This document shows positions 49,786 through 61,886 of a DNA stretch of 64,000 nt, piece by piece. The stretch is taken from assembly GCA_965198235.1 (NCBI GenBank), contig OZ240248.1, forward strand, positions 4,512,001 through 4,576,000, in the 5' to 3' direction. Position numbers and translations under genes: made by a program. Position 1 is the stretch's first letter; each line of letters opens with the position of its first letter. This DNA comes from Candidatus Poribacteria bacterium (GTDB lineage: Bacteria; Poribacteria; WGA-4E; WGA-3G). The notes under the pieces were generated by a model, which was not told the origin of the DNA, ran no database searches, and worked only from the letters and a program-made list of their open reading frames with translations.

Positions 49786-50589
49786 CTACAAATATGCATC
49801 CAATTCTGCCTCGGTCGGTGTCGGCGTAGAGATACCTTCTTCAGGGACTTCTACTTTCGCTGTCCACGCAATGGCGTTAAGAATGAATTTACGGAGATGG
49901 TCATCCCCCCAATTCCGATGGAGATGTCCGCCGGTAAACCCGAATCCACGTCCCCCATCTGGACGCTCTACACACCACGCCAGATGCTGTGGCTCACCGT
50001 TGGCTACCGATGCGCGCACATGCGGGTTTCCGCTATGCGGTCCGTCGGGTCTCTCAAGGGTCGAGGCAGGTGCAATTGCACTCAACACCGGTGTCACGCC
50101 CTGCATATTTTCACGAAACCGCATGTGATAATACCACTCATCCTCCAACGAAAACGGCTCTATCCCGCGTGTTATGGGGTGTTCAGGAAATCCGGTAAAC
50201 GTCGCCGTCCAGTATGGATTCACCGAAAGGTGGGTCTCAAAGTAGCCGCCGATCCAATCCAAGAAACAATCTCCCGGTTCACCCTTCGGAACTTCGATAG
50301 CATAGTGCAACATCGCAAGTCCGATACCTTGTGTTATTAGTCCAGAGATCTGTTCAAGGTGTGGAATGCTAAGATGCCGCGCGCCACCGTCCGAGTAAAC
50401 AATAATGGCATCTGTATCGGTGAAAGTTGTCGGATTTTCGGGCCACCCTTGAGTAACCACGACTTCCACACCGTCCATAGTCTTATTCAACTGTTCCGCG
50501 AGATAGGCACATCCAGCGGGATGTTCATGCGAACCACCGCCATGACTTGCACTTCCGGCTACCATAACAATTCGAGATGTCTTTGCCAT
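49786..50589 (-). CDS. ThuA-like (class I glutamine amidotransferase-like) domain protein
   Basis: SHG.G.HEH.AG, HPITRG...F...DEWY and GGR.F..TGGH motifs. Confidence 0.8.
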   Translation of the reverse strand: MAKTSRIVMVAGSASHGGGSHEHPAGCAYLAEQLNKTMDGVEVVVTQGWPENPTTFTDTDAIIVYSDGGARHLSIPHLEQISGLITQGIGLAMLHYAIEVPKGEPGDCFLDWIGGYFETHLSVNPYWTATFTGFPEHPITRGIEPFSLEDEWYYHMRFRENMQGVTPVLSAIAPASTLERPDGPHSGNPHVRASVANGEPQHLAWCVERPDGGRGFGFTGGHLHRNWGDDHLRKFILNAIAWTAKVEVPEEGISTPTPTEAELDAYL

Positions 50590-50675
50590 ATTTCTAACGC
50601 CTTCCTTTGCAATATCTATCAGTTTAGCACATCCTATGACTTTCTGCCAACCCCCAACGAGTGTCTACCAAATTG

Positions 50676-50860
50676 TCACCATTCTCTACTTACGCCATAA
50701 GCATCAAAAGCACTATCTACACCGATTATTGGAATTTTTTCATCAAGGGCTTGAGCGATGATCAAGCGATCAAACGGATCCCGGTGATGGAAAGGTAACG
50801 TAGTCAACTGTATGAGGTAATAAACCAAAGCAGGGTATGTGTATCCAGCAGGTATCTCAC
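50676..50860 (-). pseudogene. VapC/PIN toxin pseudogene (internal deletion plus frameshift)
   Basis: GTG at 50860 overlapping the upstream TGA gives MRYLLDTHTLLWF...*; another frame gives LPFHHRDPFDRLIIAQA...D.AFDAYGV..W. Confidence 0.8.
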
Positions 50861-51534
50861 CACATATACTCCCTAAATTCCGGGAGTTCAGCGTCAAAAT
50901 CGTCAGCGATCTTGATAAGTCCTTTGAGGGTTCCTGCTTGACGCGGTGGTTGCAACGTCTTTAGGCCCTCCCCATAAAACAACTCGTGGTACTTCACATA
51001 CATCTTATCTAGCAATTTAAAGCAGTCCTTGAATTCCTTGAACATTGGCGCAGTTTTCACTTCGTGCTTTTCCAAATAGGCAAGTCGTTCATCAGCAAAC
51101 GCTTCGCACGCTTCTAACGCCGATGTCAGTTGTGCTATATCTTCGGTGATCATTTGTGGACAAATATGCGCGTCCATAACGTCCGTGCATGAAGCAGCGT
51201 TCGTTACATTATTCAGATCTGAACGGACAGAATCAAAGTAGGTGCGGGATAACTCTTGGGGATTTTCAGCAATCTCATGGAGCAATCCTACAAAGGAAAT
51301 AGACTTTTTATAAGGTTTAATTTGCCGATAAAGCCTCGCAAGCGCATGATTCAGATACGAGCGCTCAAGATATCCATAGTGGAAGTCTTGGGTACGTTGA
51401 TGTCCATGAATGATAATTCGGATCTCCCAGAATACTCTGGCATCCTGAAGCAGGAGCCGAATCTCTGGTTCAATAGCCTCCATCCATTCACGCCACTTCT
51501 GAAGCTTCGGACTCGTTAATTTTTTTTCACTCAT
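50857..51534 (-). CDS. AbiU2/HEPN-like helical protein fused to a DUF2281/VapB-like C-terminal tail
   Basis: Y......L.R......SIS...LL..I and ADERLAY segments; tail PRQAGTLKGLIKIADDFDAEL.EF.EY typical of antitoxins preceding vapC. Confidence 0.55.
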   Translation of the reverse strand: MSEKKLTSPKLQKWREWMEAIEPEIRLLLQDARVFWEIRIIIHGHQRTQDFHYGYLERSYLNHALARLYRQIKPYKKSISFVGLLHEIAENPQELSRTYFDSVRSDLNNVTNAASCTDVMDAHICPQMITEDIAQLTSALEACEAFADERLAYLEKHEVKTAPMFKEFKDCFKLLDKMYVKYHELFYGEGLKTLQPPRQAGTLKGLIKIADDFDAELPEFREYMW

Positions 51535-51631
51535 AAGTCAATTCTCCTCAAACGAAAGTGCACGGTTGTAGCGAAGAACTTACCAAATTTGAGTACTGCG
51601 GGCTAAAACATGCCTTCACCATTCTGCTAAG

Positions 51632-51700
51632 ATTATACACGTTCTCGTAGTGGATGTCAATTTTTTAATACTTGACAATCCCAGAAAGAAGCCTTAAAAT
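51632..51700. promoter_or_regulatory. Back-to-back divergent sigma70 promoters
   Basis: Minus strand TTGACA-17-TATAAT (51660-51632); plus strand TTGACA-17-TAAAAT (51672-51700). Confidence 0.7.
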
Positions 51701-51736
51701 ACTCCCAAACTCAATATGAAATAAAGGAGCACTGCA

Positions 51737-52594
51737 ATGGAGAAATTTCCGATCGTTGATACGCACGTTCACCTATGGCACCCGGAACAGTTGAGATACC
51801 CCTGGCTGACGGAAGTCCTAGTCCTAAACAGACCTTATCTCCTAAAAGATTACAACGACGCGTCCAGCGAATTGGACATCGAATCCATCGTCTTTGTCCA
51901 GTGCGATACACACCCCGATGACGGTTTGAAAGAAACAGCGTGGGTTACCGATCTCGCAACGACAGTAGAGCCACGGATTCAGGGCATTGTTGCATGGGCA
52001 CCGCTCGAAGAGGGAGAACAGGTGGCACCTTTCGTTGAAAAATTGGCAGAGAACCCACTCGTCAAAGGTATACGCCGCCTCATCCAATCCGAAAACGTTG
52101 ACTTTTGCATCCAACCCGACTTTGTGAGCGGTGTTAAAACACTCTCCCGCTACGGATTGAGCTTCGATATCTGTATCTTCCACCCACAACTCGCCAATGC
52201 CATTCGGCTCGTGGAACAGTGTCCGCACGTCCAATTCATCTTAGACCACATCGGTAAACCCGACATCAAGAACCAACACTTTGATCCATGGAAACAGGAA
52301 ATCCAAACACTTGCGATGTTCCCGAATGTCCATTGTAAAATATCAGGTTTGGTAACGGAGGCTGATCTCAAAGCATGGACACCTGCCGATCTACAACCGT
52401 ATATTGAACACGTTATTACCTGTTTCGGCTTTGATCGCGTTATATACGGTAGCGATTGGCCCGTCTCCACACAAGCCTCAGATTATCTGCGATGGGTACA
52501 GACATTGAGAGAGGCTGTATCCGGCTGCTCATCCGAGGAGTTAGGTAACCTCTTCCGCAACAACGCCATTAGATTCTATAGACTTGCCGAATAA
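51737..52594 (+). CDS. Amidohydrolase family protein (L-fuconolactonase-like)
   Basis: VDTHVHLW, KG.R, LDH.GKP, CKISG and FG.DR..YGSDWPV motifs. Confidence 0.88.
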   Translation: MEKFPIVDTHVHLWHPEQLRYPWLTEVLVLNRPYLLKDYNDASSELDIESIVFVQCDTHPDDGLKETAWVTDLATTVEPRIQGIVAWAPLEEGEQVAPFVEKLAENPLVKGIRRLIQSENVDFCIQPDFVSGVKTLSRYGLSFDICIFHPQLANAIRLVEQCPHVQFILDHIGKPDIKNQHFDPWKQEIQTLAMFPNVHCKISGLVTEADLKAWTPADLQPYIEHVITCFGFDRVIYGSDWPVSTQASDYLRWVQTLREAVSGCSSEELGNLFRNNAIRFYRLAE

Positions 52595-52596
52595 AA

Positions 52597-52636
52597 AGAG
52601 AAGGGAAGGATGCCTCGTACACCCTTCCCTTCTTTC
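52597..52636. terminator. Putative bidirectional terminator hairpin
   Basis: agaagggaagg...ccttcccttct with A-rich and T-rich flanks. Confidence 0.55.
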
Positions 52637-52697
52637 ACTTTTCTATCCTCTCGTCATCTTTAGTAACGTGAGTCCGATTTAAGCATTTATTCGACTC

Positions 52698-52721
52698 GGA
52701 GCGGTTACAAACCGCTCCTAC
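52698..52721. repeat. GTAG-type REP-like palindrome
   Basis: ggagcggttacaaaccgctcctac. Confidence 0.55.
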
Positions 52722-52747
52722 CGGATTTGGGAACTCGCCTGACTTTC

Positions 52748-54931
52748 TTAACCTCCGGCTTTAACCTCTCGCCGACGCGGATGCAGCACAAACTCGGTAT
52801 ACCCGTTTGGTAACTCACACCCTTTAAAAACCAAGTCCAAAGCCGCTTGGAATGCGACGCTCTGATCGTAGTTCGGCGACATATCCCGATAATTCGGGTC
52901 ACCGGCGTTCTGTTCGTCAACGATCTTCGCCATCCGTTGGAACGTCTCCGTCACTTGCTCCCTTGTGACGATCCCGTGGCGCAACCAATTTGCGATATGT
53001 TGACTCGAAATCCGCAGTGTCGCTCGATCCTCCATCAACCCGACGTTGTTAATATCCGGTATCTTCGAGCAGCCAATTCCTTGGTCAACCCATCGGACGA
53101 CGTATCCCAAGATACCTTGCGCGTTGTTGTCTAATTCGCGCTGAATCTCATCGGGTTGCAACTGGTGATCCTTCAACAGAGGTGGTGTTAGTAAATCCGC
53201 CAAACTCGCACGCTGTCTCGCCGACAATTCCTTTATCCGGTTTGCAACGTCAACCCGGTGGTAATGCATCGCATGAAGCGTTGCGGCTGTCGGCGATGGC
53301 ACCCACGCCGTTGTCGCACCCGCCAACGGGTGATTCACCTTCGTTTCAATCATCTCTGCCATCTGGTCAGGTTTCGTCCACATCCCCTTCCCAATTTGTG
53401 CAGTGCCGAGCAACACGGTTTCAATCCCTATATCAACGTTCCAATCCTCATAAGCGAGCATCCAGGGTTCGTTGCGGATGTCCATTTTGGGAATCATGGC
53501 TCCCGCTTCCATACTCGTATGGATTTCATCGCCGGTCCTATCCAAAAACCCGGTGTTAATAAAGACGAGACGCTCCTGTGCCACCCGAATCGCCTCTTTG
53601 AGATTGACGGTCGTCCGCCGTTCCTCATCCATAATCCCGATTTTAATAGCATTGGTCGGAAGCCCAAGTGCAGACTCTATCCATTCAAACAGCCGAATCG
53701 TCATCTCCACTTCTTCGGGTCCGTGGAACTTCGGCTTGACGATGTAAATACTACCTGTTTTGCTATTGGTGCGGGGACCCTTGCCCTGCAGGTCATGCAT
53801 TGCGGCGAAACTCGTTATCATGGCATCGAGAATGCCTTCCGGGATCTCCTCACCTTCTGCTGTCGTGACGGCATCCGTGTACATGTGGAGTCCAACGTTC
53901 CGAATCAGGAGCAGGCTCCTGCCCGGTAACGTCAACGTCCCTCCATCGGGTGCGGTAAACGTCTTATCGGGTGCAAGGCGACGGGTAAGCATTTCGCCGT
54001 TTTTCTCGAACGTTGTCTCCAATGTTCCCTTCATGATACCGTTCCAATTGCTATAGACGCGCACCTTGTCTGCCGCATCCACTGCCGCGACGGAATCCTC
54101 GCAATCTTGAATCGTCGTGATTGCCGACTCAAGGATAACATCGACAACACCGGCAGGATGTGCCTTTCCAACGGGGTGTTCTCGGTCTATCTGTATTTCA
54201 ATGTGTAACCCGTGGTTTCGGAGCAGAATAGCACTCAGTCCACCATTGCTCTGCGTAAAACCTACAAATTTGGTCGGATCGGCTAAACCGACTTCGCTAC
54301 CATCACTGAGTGTTGCGCGTAACTGCTGCTCGCCATGAACGGTTATGAGGGAAAATCCCGTAACGTCAGAGAAACTTCCAGTTTCAAGTCCGGTCATTTC
54401 ATCTAAAAACTTTTCAGTGTCCGCGATGACTTTCGCACCTCGGATCGGGTTATAGGCAGTCCCTCGTGTAGCCCCATCCGATTCGTCGATGACATCGGTG
54501 CCGTAGAGTGCATCGTAGAGGCTTCCCCAACGAGCGTTCGCTGCGTTTAGGGCATAGCGGGCGTTATCGGTCGGGACAACCAATTGTGGACCTGAGATGA
54601 GCGAAATCTCTGTGTCAACGTCTTCAGTAATCACAGTAAAATCTCGTCCTTCGGGGAGCAGATAGCCTATATCCGTCAGAAATGCCGAATACGCCTCACC
54701 GTCCAACGGTTCATCTTTGCGTGCCAGATGCCACGCGTCAATCTGCTGTTGGAGCGTATCCCGTTTCTCCAAGAGTGCCTTGTTTTCTGGTGCGAACGCC
54801 GCAACGATGTCACCGAACGCTTTCCAGAAGGCATCTGCCTCTACCCCCGTGCCGGGAGCGATCTCATCTCTTACTAATGCGTACAAATCTTCATCTATCC
54901 TGAGATTACCGATTTCAATCCGGTTTCCCAT
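52748..54931 (-). CDS. glcB: Malate synthase G
   Basis: [48 protein letters not shown] and [14 protein letters not shown] motifs; start MGNRIE at 54931. Confidence 0.96.
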   Translation of the reverse strand: MGNRIEIGNLRIDEDLYALVRDEIAPGTGVEADAFWKAFGDIVAAFAPENKALLEKRDTLQQQIDAWHLARKDEPLDGEAYSAFLTDIGYLLPEGRDFTVITEDVDTEISLISGPQLVVPTDNARYALNAANARWGSLYDALYGTDVIDESDGATRGTAYNPIRGAKVIADTEKFLDEMTGLETGSFSDVTGFSLITVHGEQQLRATLSDGSEVGLADPTKFVGFTQSNGGLSAILLRNHGLHIEIQIDREHPVGKAHPAGVVDVILESAITTIQDCEDSVAAVDAADKVRVYSNWNGIMKGTLETTFEKNGEMLTRRLAPDKTFTAPDGGTLTLPGRSLLLIRNVGLHMYTDAVTTAEGEEIPEGILDAMITSFAAMHDLQGKGPRTNSKTGSIYIVKPKFHGPEEVEMTIRLFEWIESALGLPTNAIKIGIMDEERRTTVNLKEAIRVAQERLVFINTGFLDRTGDEIHTSMEAGAMIPKMDIRNEPWMLAYEDWNVDIGIETVLLGTAQIGKGMWTKPDQMAEMIETKVNHPLAGATTAWVPSPTAATLHAMHYHRVDVANRIKELSARQRASLADLLTPPLLKDHQLQPDEIQRELDNNAQGILGYVVRWVDQGIGCSKIPDINNVGLMEDRATLRISSQHIANWLRHGIVTREQVTETFQRMAKIVDEQNAGDPNYRDMSPNYDQSVAFQAALDLVFKGCELPNGYTEFVLHPRRREVKAGG

Positions 54932-55082
54932 ACTCTTTTCTCCATTCCAAGGTGCTGTTAAGGTGTTGGATATCCGTTTGCCGATGCTTCGTTGCACCGG
55001 CAAACAATTCCGCCTGAATTGTCAAATATCATAACAATATATCTGTAGTCTGTCAATTGTTTTTTTTATAAATTATGGCTTT

Positions 55083-55871
55083 TTAGTTTTTGGTTATCTT
55101 CTTGATGGGGGATTTTCGCCGATCCTTCCGCCGCAATTTAAACACATCGCTTGTCTGTTCAATGTGTTTAACACGATCCAGGAAGTGCAAGCGCATGGGG
55201 GCCGCAGATTTATAATGCGGGTTATCCACAAAAACATCTGGTTCGCCTAACAATTCGCTGATGAGACCTTTTGTCCAACCACGTTCAGAGATGAGCCGTG
55301 CCTGGGTGATTTTTTCTTTCTCACGCACTGCCTTGCCTGCTGCAGCTTTCTGCTGCTTTTCGGTTTGCCACAACATTTTGAAATCGTCTGAACGTTCGAC
55401 TTTGCGAACATCGGATTTTAGATAAATTGGATAGGTTAAGCACCCTCCTAAAAAGGGCATAGAGAAAGACTCACACGACAAGAATCTATCTACGCGTTCG
55501 GGTGTCCAATGTCCACGCCTCGACAATTCTTCGTGCGAAAAGTGGGTGTCGGGATGTTCTTCTATTTCTATATTCCAAATCTCGCAAAATCTTCTTCGCA
55601 TTGAGACCTTGTGGAAATTCTCAAGCATCAATTTTTTTTCTGCTTTCTCAATATCATTGTAACGAAATAGCCGAACCGTATTTAAATCCTTTACTGTAAT
55701 CACAGTAACATCACCTACCGTTCTCCTTAATTTTCTTCTTTCGACTTCAAAATCAAGGAGTCGTGATTCAGAGAGAATCGTGCCACGTTTTCCGAGTTGG
55801 GATTTGGTGATGTATCCATCTTTTCTGATCGTAAAATTACGCGCGGGTCTCCGATGTTTTTGCTGTTTCAT
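55083..55871 (-). CDS. Basic hypothetical protein with three XPA-C/MerR-like repeats
   Basis: Repeats of IT...L..RG(W)T......L...(NPH...PM.L)....V..E; promoter TTGGCA-17-TATAAT at 55925-55953. Confidence 0.55.
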   Translation of the reverse strand: MKQQKHRRPARNFTIRKDGYITKSQLGKRGTILSESRLLDFEVERRKLRRTVGDVTVITVKDLNTVRLFRYNDIEKAEKKLMLENFHKVSMRRRFCEIWNIEIEEHPDTHFSHEELSRRGHWTPERVDRFLSCESFSMPFLGGCLTYPIYLKSDVRKVERSDDFKMLWQTEKQQKAAAGKAVREKEKITQARLISERGWTKGLISELLGEPDVFVDNPHYKSAAPMRLHFLDRVKHIEQTSDVFKLRRKDRRKSPIKKITKN

Positions 55872-55993
55872 GCTGAATACCTCCGGGCAGTTTTGTGTCG
55901 TGCTCAGGACGGTTTCAATATCAGATTATACGACACTTTTAGGCAATTGCCAACTCCTTTTTGACCGAAGCACCCACACCCTTCTCATGCGAC

Positions 55994-56022
55994 TTGCAAA
56001 AATATAGAACTTGTGTTAAGAT
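55994..56022 (+). promoter_or_regulatory. Sigma70-type promoter of thiC
   Basis: TTGCAA-17-TAAGAT. Confidence 0.55.
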
Positions 56023-56144
56023 GTTAAGCGGAGTAGAGACTTCATCTTTCTCACTGAAGCGAAACACAATACGGACGGTGTGAAAAGCCGCGCCGCAGAA
56101 TGACTGCAACAGATGCGCAGACAATTAACATAAATGCAAACTGA

Positions 56145-58115
<1,971 letters not shown>

Positions 58116-58190
58116 CACCGCGAGCCATTCCCAATCAGCGAATTTACACAATTTTGCGTAATTCTTGTCGTATGAATAAGGAACAACATA

Positions 58191-58931
58191 ATGAAAGCGT
58201 TAAGTATTGGATTGGGTATACTTCTCTTCACCTCCTCTGTTTGGGCTGGTACATTTGTGGAAACTTTTGATGAGGATGTTTTAGCGGATTGGCAGGCACT
58301 TAACGCGCATGATGCTGCACTCGGTTCGTGGGAAGTCGTTGATGGTGAACTTGAGATGATAAACCCTGGAGGGGGTATCCGTTTACTTACGACGGGTGAT
58401 GAAACATGGCAAGATTACAGTATCGAGGTTAATGTCAAACCTCTTGAAAAACGCGGCCCCGGAAATATCAGTATTGTCGCACGAGTTGAAGGAAGCCGGG
58501 TAGTTTGGTGTACGATTAGTGATCTTTTCTTAAACGATCCTGAATCAAAAGCGATGTGTAGCAGTCGTGACTTTGCTGGAAACATAGGTCAATTGCTGTC
58601 TATGAAAGCTCATCGGCTTTTAAAATTGAATAAATGGTCTAAACTCAAGTTGAGCGTTAGAGGAGATCACTTCATTTTTTTGATAAATGGAAAGAAAATT
58701 ATGGAAACAGGAGATCCTTTTATCCTTCTACATGATGGTGAAGAACTCATGATAAAAACAAAAGACCTCGCGTCCCACCCGACAGGCGGTGCCGGTTTCG
58801 GTCTCGCGAATTATACAGCGAGATTCGATAATATCACCATCACCGGTGAGAGTATCCCAAACAAGGGTGGATTATCGGTATCACCTCAATCAAAACTCGC
58901 AACGACTTGGGGACAGTTGAAGCAGTTTTAG
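58191..58931 (+). CDS. Secreted DUF1080/concanavalin-like protein with KLATTWGQLK C-terminal motif
   Basis: Signal peptide; W..VDG.L, W.DY.IE, W..LKL.V.G and FDNI.ITG motifs. Confidence 0.7.
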   Translation: MKALSIGLGILLFTSSVWAGTFVETFDEDVLADWQALNAHDAALGSWEVVDGELEMINPGGGIRLLTTGDETWQDYSIEVNVKPLEKRGPGNISIVARVEGSRVVWCTISDLFLNDPESKAMCSSRDFAGNIGQLLSMKAHRLLKLNKWSKLKLSVRGDHFIFLINGKKIMETGDPFILLHDGEELMIKTKDLASHPTGGAGFGLANYTARFDNITITGESIPNKGGLSVSPQSKLATTWGQLKQF

Positions 58932-58934
58932 ACA

Positions 58935-59158
58935 TTAGCATTCACGGGCGGGGAGGCGTTTCTGCCTCAGGAATCGATTAAGTTGATCATGATTCCATTT
59001 CGGGGTATGTGCTGCGAAGTACGTCTGCGTGAGGTCATGGAAATTTGCTAACAGAAATTGGCAATAATCCACTAATAACGGTTGCTTCCTTTCAGAAGGG
59101 GTTAAGGTTTTCATAATGTCAGAGTATGACACAATTTTAAATTATTGTGTAAGTCCTA
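58935..59158 (-). mobile_element. IS701-like transposase 5' remnant with left TIR TAGGACTTACACA
   Basis: DYCQFLL......TQTYFA.H...W.HDQLNRFL N-terminus, truncated; TIR at 59146-59158 matches the MITE ends. Confidence 0.65.
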
Positions 59159-59187
59159 AATTTAAAGGGATAATGTGGGGTGTCCAT

Positions 59188-59250
59188 TGTCTGAATCCGG
59201 ATTTACAGGATTATGTAGCCGGAAGTCGGGATTCGGAGATACCTCCTACA
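59188..59250. repeat. TGTCTGAATC-type repeat plus GTAG REP-like palindrome
   Basis: tgtctgaatccggatttacaggatt; related copies at ~29165 and 62194-62287. Confidence 0.5.
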
Positions 59251-59293
59251 AGGCGAATCTACGTTAAGACCGCACAAATCCTTAAGCACGCTC

Positions 59294-59356
59294 GAATTAA
59301 TCCAAAACCTGCCTGAAACGAAGTGGAAGGCAGTCCAGGAGCTCATAGTTAAAAAA
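59294..59356 (+). repeat. Start-codon-abutting structured element, copy D
   Basis: gaattaatccaaaac-ctgcc-tgaaacgaagtggaa-ggcag-tccaggagctcatagttaaaaaa-ATG. Confidence 0.85.
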
Positions 59357-60436
59357 ATGAAAATCGGAATTATTGGTTGTGGCACAATCAGCGGTGCCTA
59401 TTTTGAAGGGGCGCGAAAAACCGACATCTTAGAAATCAAAGCCTGTACTGACCTCCGAATGGAAGCCGCACAGGCGCAAGCCGAGAAATACAACTGCCAC
59501 GCAGTCACCGTCGACGAATTGCTCGCAGATCCAGAGATAGAACTCGTCGTAAATCTTACCATCCCGCGGGCACACGTGGATGTTGGCTTGCAAGTTTTGG
59601 ATGCGGATAAACACGTCTACAGCGAAAAACCGCTCGGTGTAGACATCGAAAGCGGAAAGCAGCTTATTGACACCGCCGCTGAAAAAGGACTCCGTGTCGG
59701 ATCGGCACCCGATACCTTCCTCGGTGCAGGAATCCAGACCTCGCGGCAGACGTTAGATGCAGGGAAAATCGGGAGACCCATTGCGGGGAGTGCGTTTATG
59801 TGTGGGCACGGACCTGAAAGCTGGCATCCGAATCCCGTCTTCTTTTATGACATCGGCGGCGGTCCAATGCTGGATATGGGACCTTACTACGTGACTGCGC
59901 TCGTCAATATTCTCGGTCCCGTCAAGCGCGTTGCCGCGATTACGACGAAGGCATTTGAGGAGCGAATCGCAACCGGTGACGCGTTGCAAGGTATCAGAAT
60001 CCCTGTCAAGACCACAACGCATCTCACAGGCACGATGGAGTTTGAGAATGGGACGATTGTCACGACAATCATGAGTTTTGATATGTGGCGACAGAGTTTG
60101 CCCTGCATCGAAATCTACGGCGAAACCGGTTCAATGCAGGTGCCTGACCCGAACGGATTTGGTGGTCCCGTAAATGTGTGTCCAGCAGGTGGTGATTGGG
60201 AAGAAGAGGAAATCGCTTTCCCGAACAACGCTCGAATGATCGGTGTCATTGACATGGTATCCGCAATCCGTTCAGGACGCACACACCGTGCAAACGGTGC
60301 GTTGGCATACCATGTGCTTGAGGTGATGCTCGCCTTCGACAAATCCTCTGAAACCGGCGAACACGTCGTTATCGAAAGCACGACGGAACGTCCTGATCCT
60401 GTTCCATTCGGTTTGCAGGAATGGGAAATTGACTAA
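59357..60436 (+). CDS. Gfo/Idh/MocA family oxidoreductase
   Basis: IGIIGCG.IS, KHVYSEKP, APDTFLG and GGGP.LDMGPYY motifs. Confidence 0.92.
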   Translation: MKIGIIGCGTISGAYFEGARKTDILEIKACTDLRMEAAQAQAEKYNCHAVTVDELLADPEIELVVNLTIPRAHVDVGLQVLDADKHVYSEKPLGVDIESGKQLIDTAAEKGLRVGSAPDTFLGAGIQTSRQTLDAGKIGRPIAGSAFMCGHGPESWHPNPVFFYDIGGGPMLDMGPYYVTALVNILGPVKRVAAITTKAFEERIATGDALQGIRIPVKTTTHLTGTMEFENGTIVTTIMSFDMWRQSLPCIEIYGETGSMQVPDPNGFGGPVNVCPAGGDWEEEEIAFPNNARMIGVIDMVSAIRSGRTHRANGALAYHVLEVMLAFDKSSETGEHVVIESTTERPDPVPFGLQEWEID

Positions 60437-60463
60437 ACTATATCGATCCGACTCTCCAACCCC

Positions 60464-60493
60464 GGTAGGTACGGTTTCCGAACCGCACCTACC
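60464..60493. repeat. GTAG-type REP-like palindrome
   Basis: ggtaggtacggtttccgaaccgcacctacc. Confidence 0.6.
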
Positions 60494-60535
60494 ATTTTGG
60501 GGATGGGTTGTGTTAGGGCACACGGAGTGTGACTG

Positions 60536-61369
60536 CTACTTTGCCTTAAGCGCACCCCATGTCGTTGTCAATTTGCCTGCAACATCAACGATCAGAATAT
60601 CTTTGGCATTCATGACTGTTTTTACCTCTGCTGCTGTTAACGCGCGATCGTATACCGCCAATTCGTCAAGCAGACCTTTGTAGAGATTTGCGCCGCCGTT
60701 TGTGTCCGGACGACCGCCAATTTCAATGTTGTTGTCGTTCCAGACCATCACGGGACCGTTCTTTGGTACATCTTTCTCACCCTCAAGTTTTCCATCAAGG
60801 TAGATCTGGATCTTCTCTCCGTCAAAGGTACCGACGACGTGATACCAAGTCTTGGGTTTTAGACCTAAATTAGGCAGCGAAAGTGTGGTATCAACATCGG
60901 CACCGTTAAAAGGTCCCATCTTCTTCTGTCCGGAATTGATATACCAATACAATCCTTCACCGCTACCGAGCCCAAATTCAACGTTATCGTCACTTGTACC
61001 CGATTTGTCGTAAAAGATGTTTCCATAGACGTGTCCATCGCCGAGACCGACTTTTGATATTTCAAAAGGATGTATCCAAACAGCAACAGTCAGATGTTCC
61101 ACGTAAACTTCGCTCTGACCACCGGGATCGATTATCAGTGCGGGACCCTCCGAAAATTCGATTGCACTCCCCACCTTACCTTTGGCAACGAACTTCGCGC
61201 TATCGTGAAGTTCCGCTTCAAACCCTTTCGGACCGACATCCTTAGCAACCTTACCTTTTCCCTCATTAAACGGCATGTAAAAGTGTAAGCCTTTTGTCAC
61301 TTGAGCGGTTGCATCGAAAGTTAAAACACAAAATGCAAAAACCGCGAGCATCCAGAAGTATCTTCTCAT
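60536..61369 (-). CDS. Secreted LamG/laminin G-like protein with KLTTTWGALK C-terminal motif
   Basis: Signal peptide from MRRYFW (61369); F.EG.G..A.D, WYHVVGTFDG....YLDG and G.LDE.AVY.RALT motifs. Confidence 0.88.
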   Translation of the reverse strand: MRRYFWMLAVFAFCVLTFDATAQVTKGLHFYMPFNEGKGKVAKDVGPKGFEAELHDSAKFVAKGKVGSAIEFSEGPALIIDPGGQSEVYVEHLTVAVWIHPFEISKVGLGDGHVYGNIFYDKSGTSDDNVEFGLGSGEGLYWYINSGQKKMGPFNGADVDTTLSLPNLGLKPKTWYHVVGTFDGEKIQIYLDGKLEGEKDVPKNGPVMVWNDNNIEIGGRPDTNGGANLYKGLLDELAVYDRALTAAEVKTVMNAKDILIVDVAGKLTTTWGALKAK

Positions 61370-61576
61370 TTTGTCGACTCCTTTTCTATTTCTCATCGCC
61401 TGTTTCAAAATTAGCAAAATATCGTGATAAACGTTTGCTATTTTAATAGTTATGCCAGTCTTTATCAAGAAAAAACCGGCGCGTTCCAATCTCCCATGCA
61501 GATATGGAAGCCGAAAATCGAAAATTAAATTTTCACTCATCTGAAACCGATTTGCAAACCTAACGTTTTATACTTT

Positions 61577-61608
61577 ATACATGTATGCATGTTTGCATGT
61601 GCACATGT
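61577..61608. promoter_or_regulatory. Phased operator/centromere-like repeats (CATGT x4, 8-bp period)
   Basis: CATGT at 61580, 61588, 61596 and 61604, just upstream of the GGAGG SD of an RHH gene. Confidence 0.65.
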
Positions 61609-61625
61609 ATGGAGGCATACATCAT

Positions 61626-61865
61626 ATGAAAACCGTAGCAATTCTGTCGGACGCGGGTGGAGTTGCCGTTGAAACAACACCAAAATCGACTGTAGCGGTC
61701 CCGCCATCCCGTCAGGGCAAAAAGATGATTTCTGGACATTTCGACAAGGACGTACATCGGCAGTTGAAGATGCTCGCGATTGAGAAGGATACGAGTATTC
61801 AAGACCTACTGAGCGAGGCACTGAATGCGCTATTTGAACGGAACAACAAGCCACCGATAGCGTAA
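61626..61865 (+). CDS. Ribbon-helix-helix protein (ParG-like)
   Basis: Flexible N-terminus, then PSRQGKK.I.GHF..DV.RQLK.LA.E...SIQDLL.EALN.LF; SD GGAGG. Confidence 0.8.
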   Translation: MKTVAILSDAGGVAVETTPKSTVAVPPSRQGKKMISGHFDKDVHRQLKMLAIEKDTSIQDLLSEALNALFERNNKPPIA

Positions 61866-61886
61866 GGCAAATTTCGGGAGGATACC

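Noticed and set aside
58135-58167. Possible collapsed MITE after thiC
   Set aside because: TIR matches are too degenerate and no target duplication is evident.
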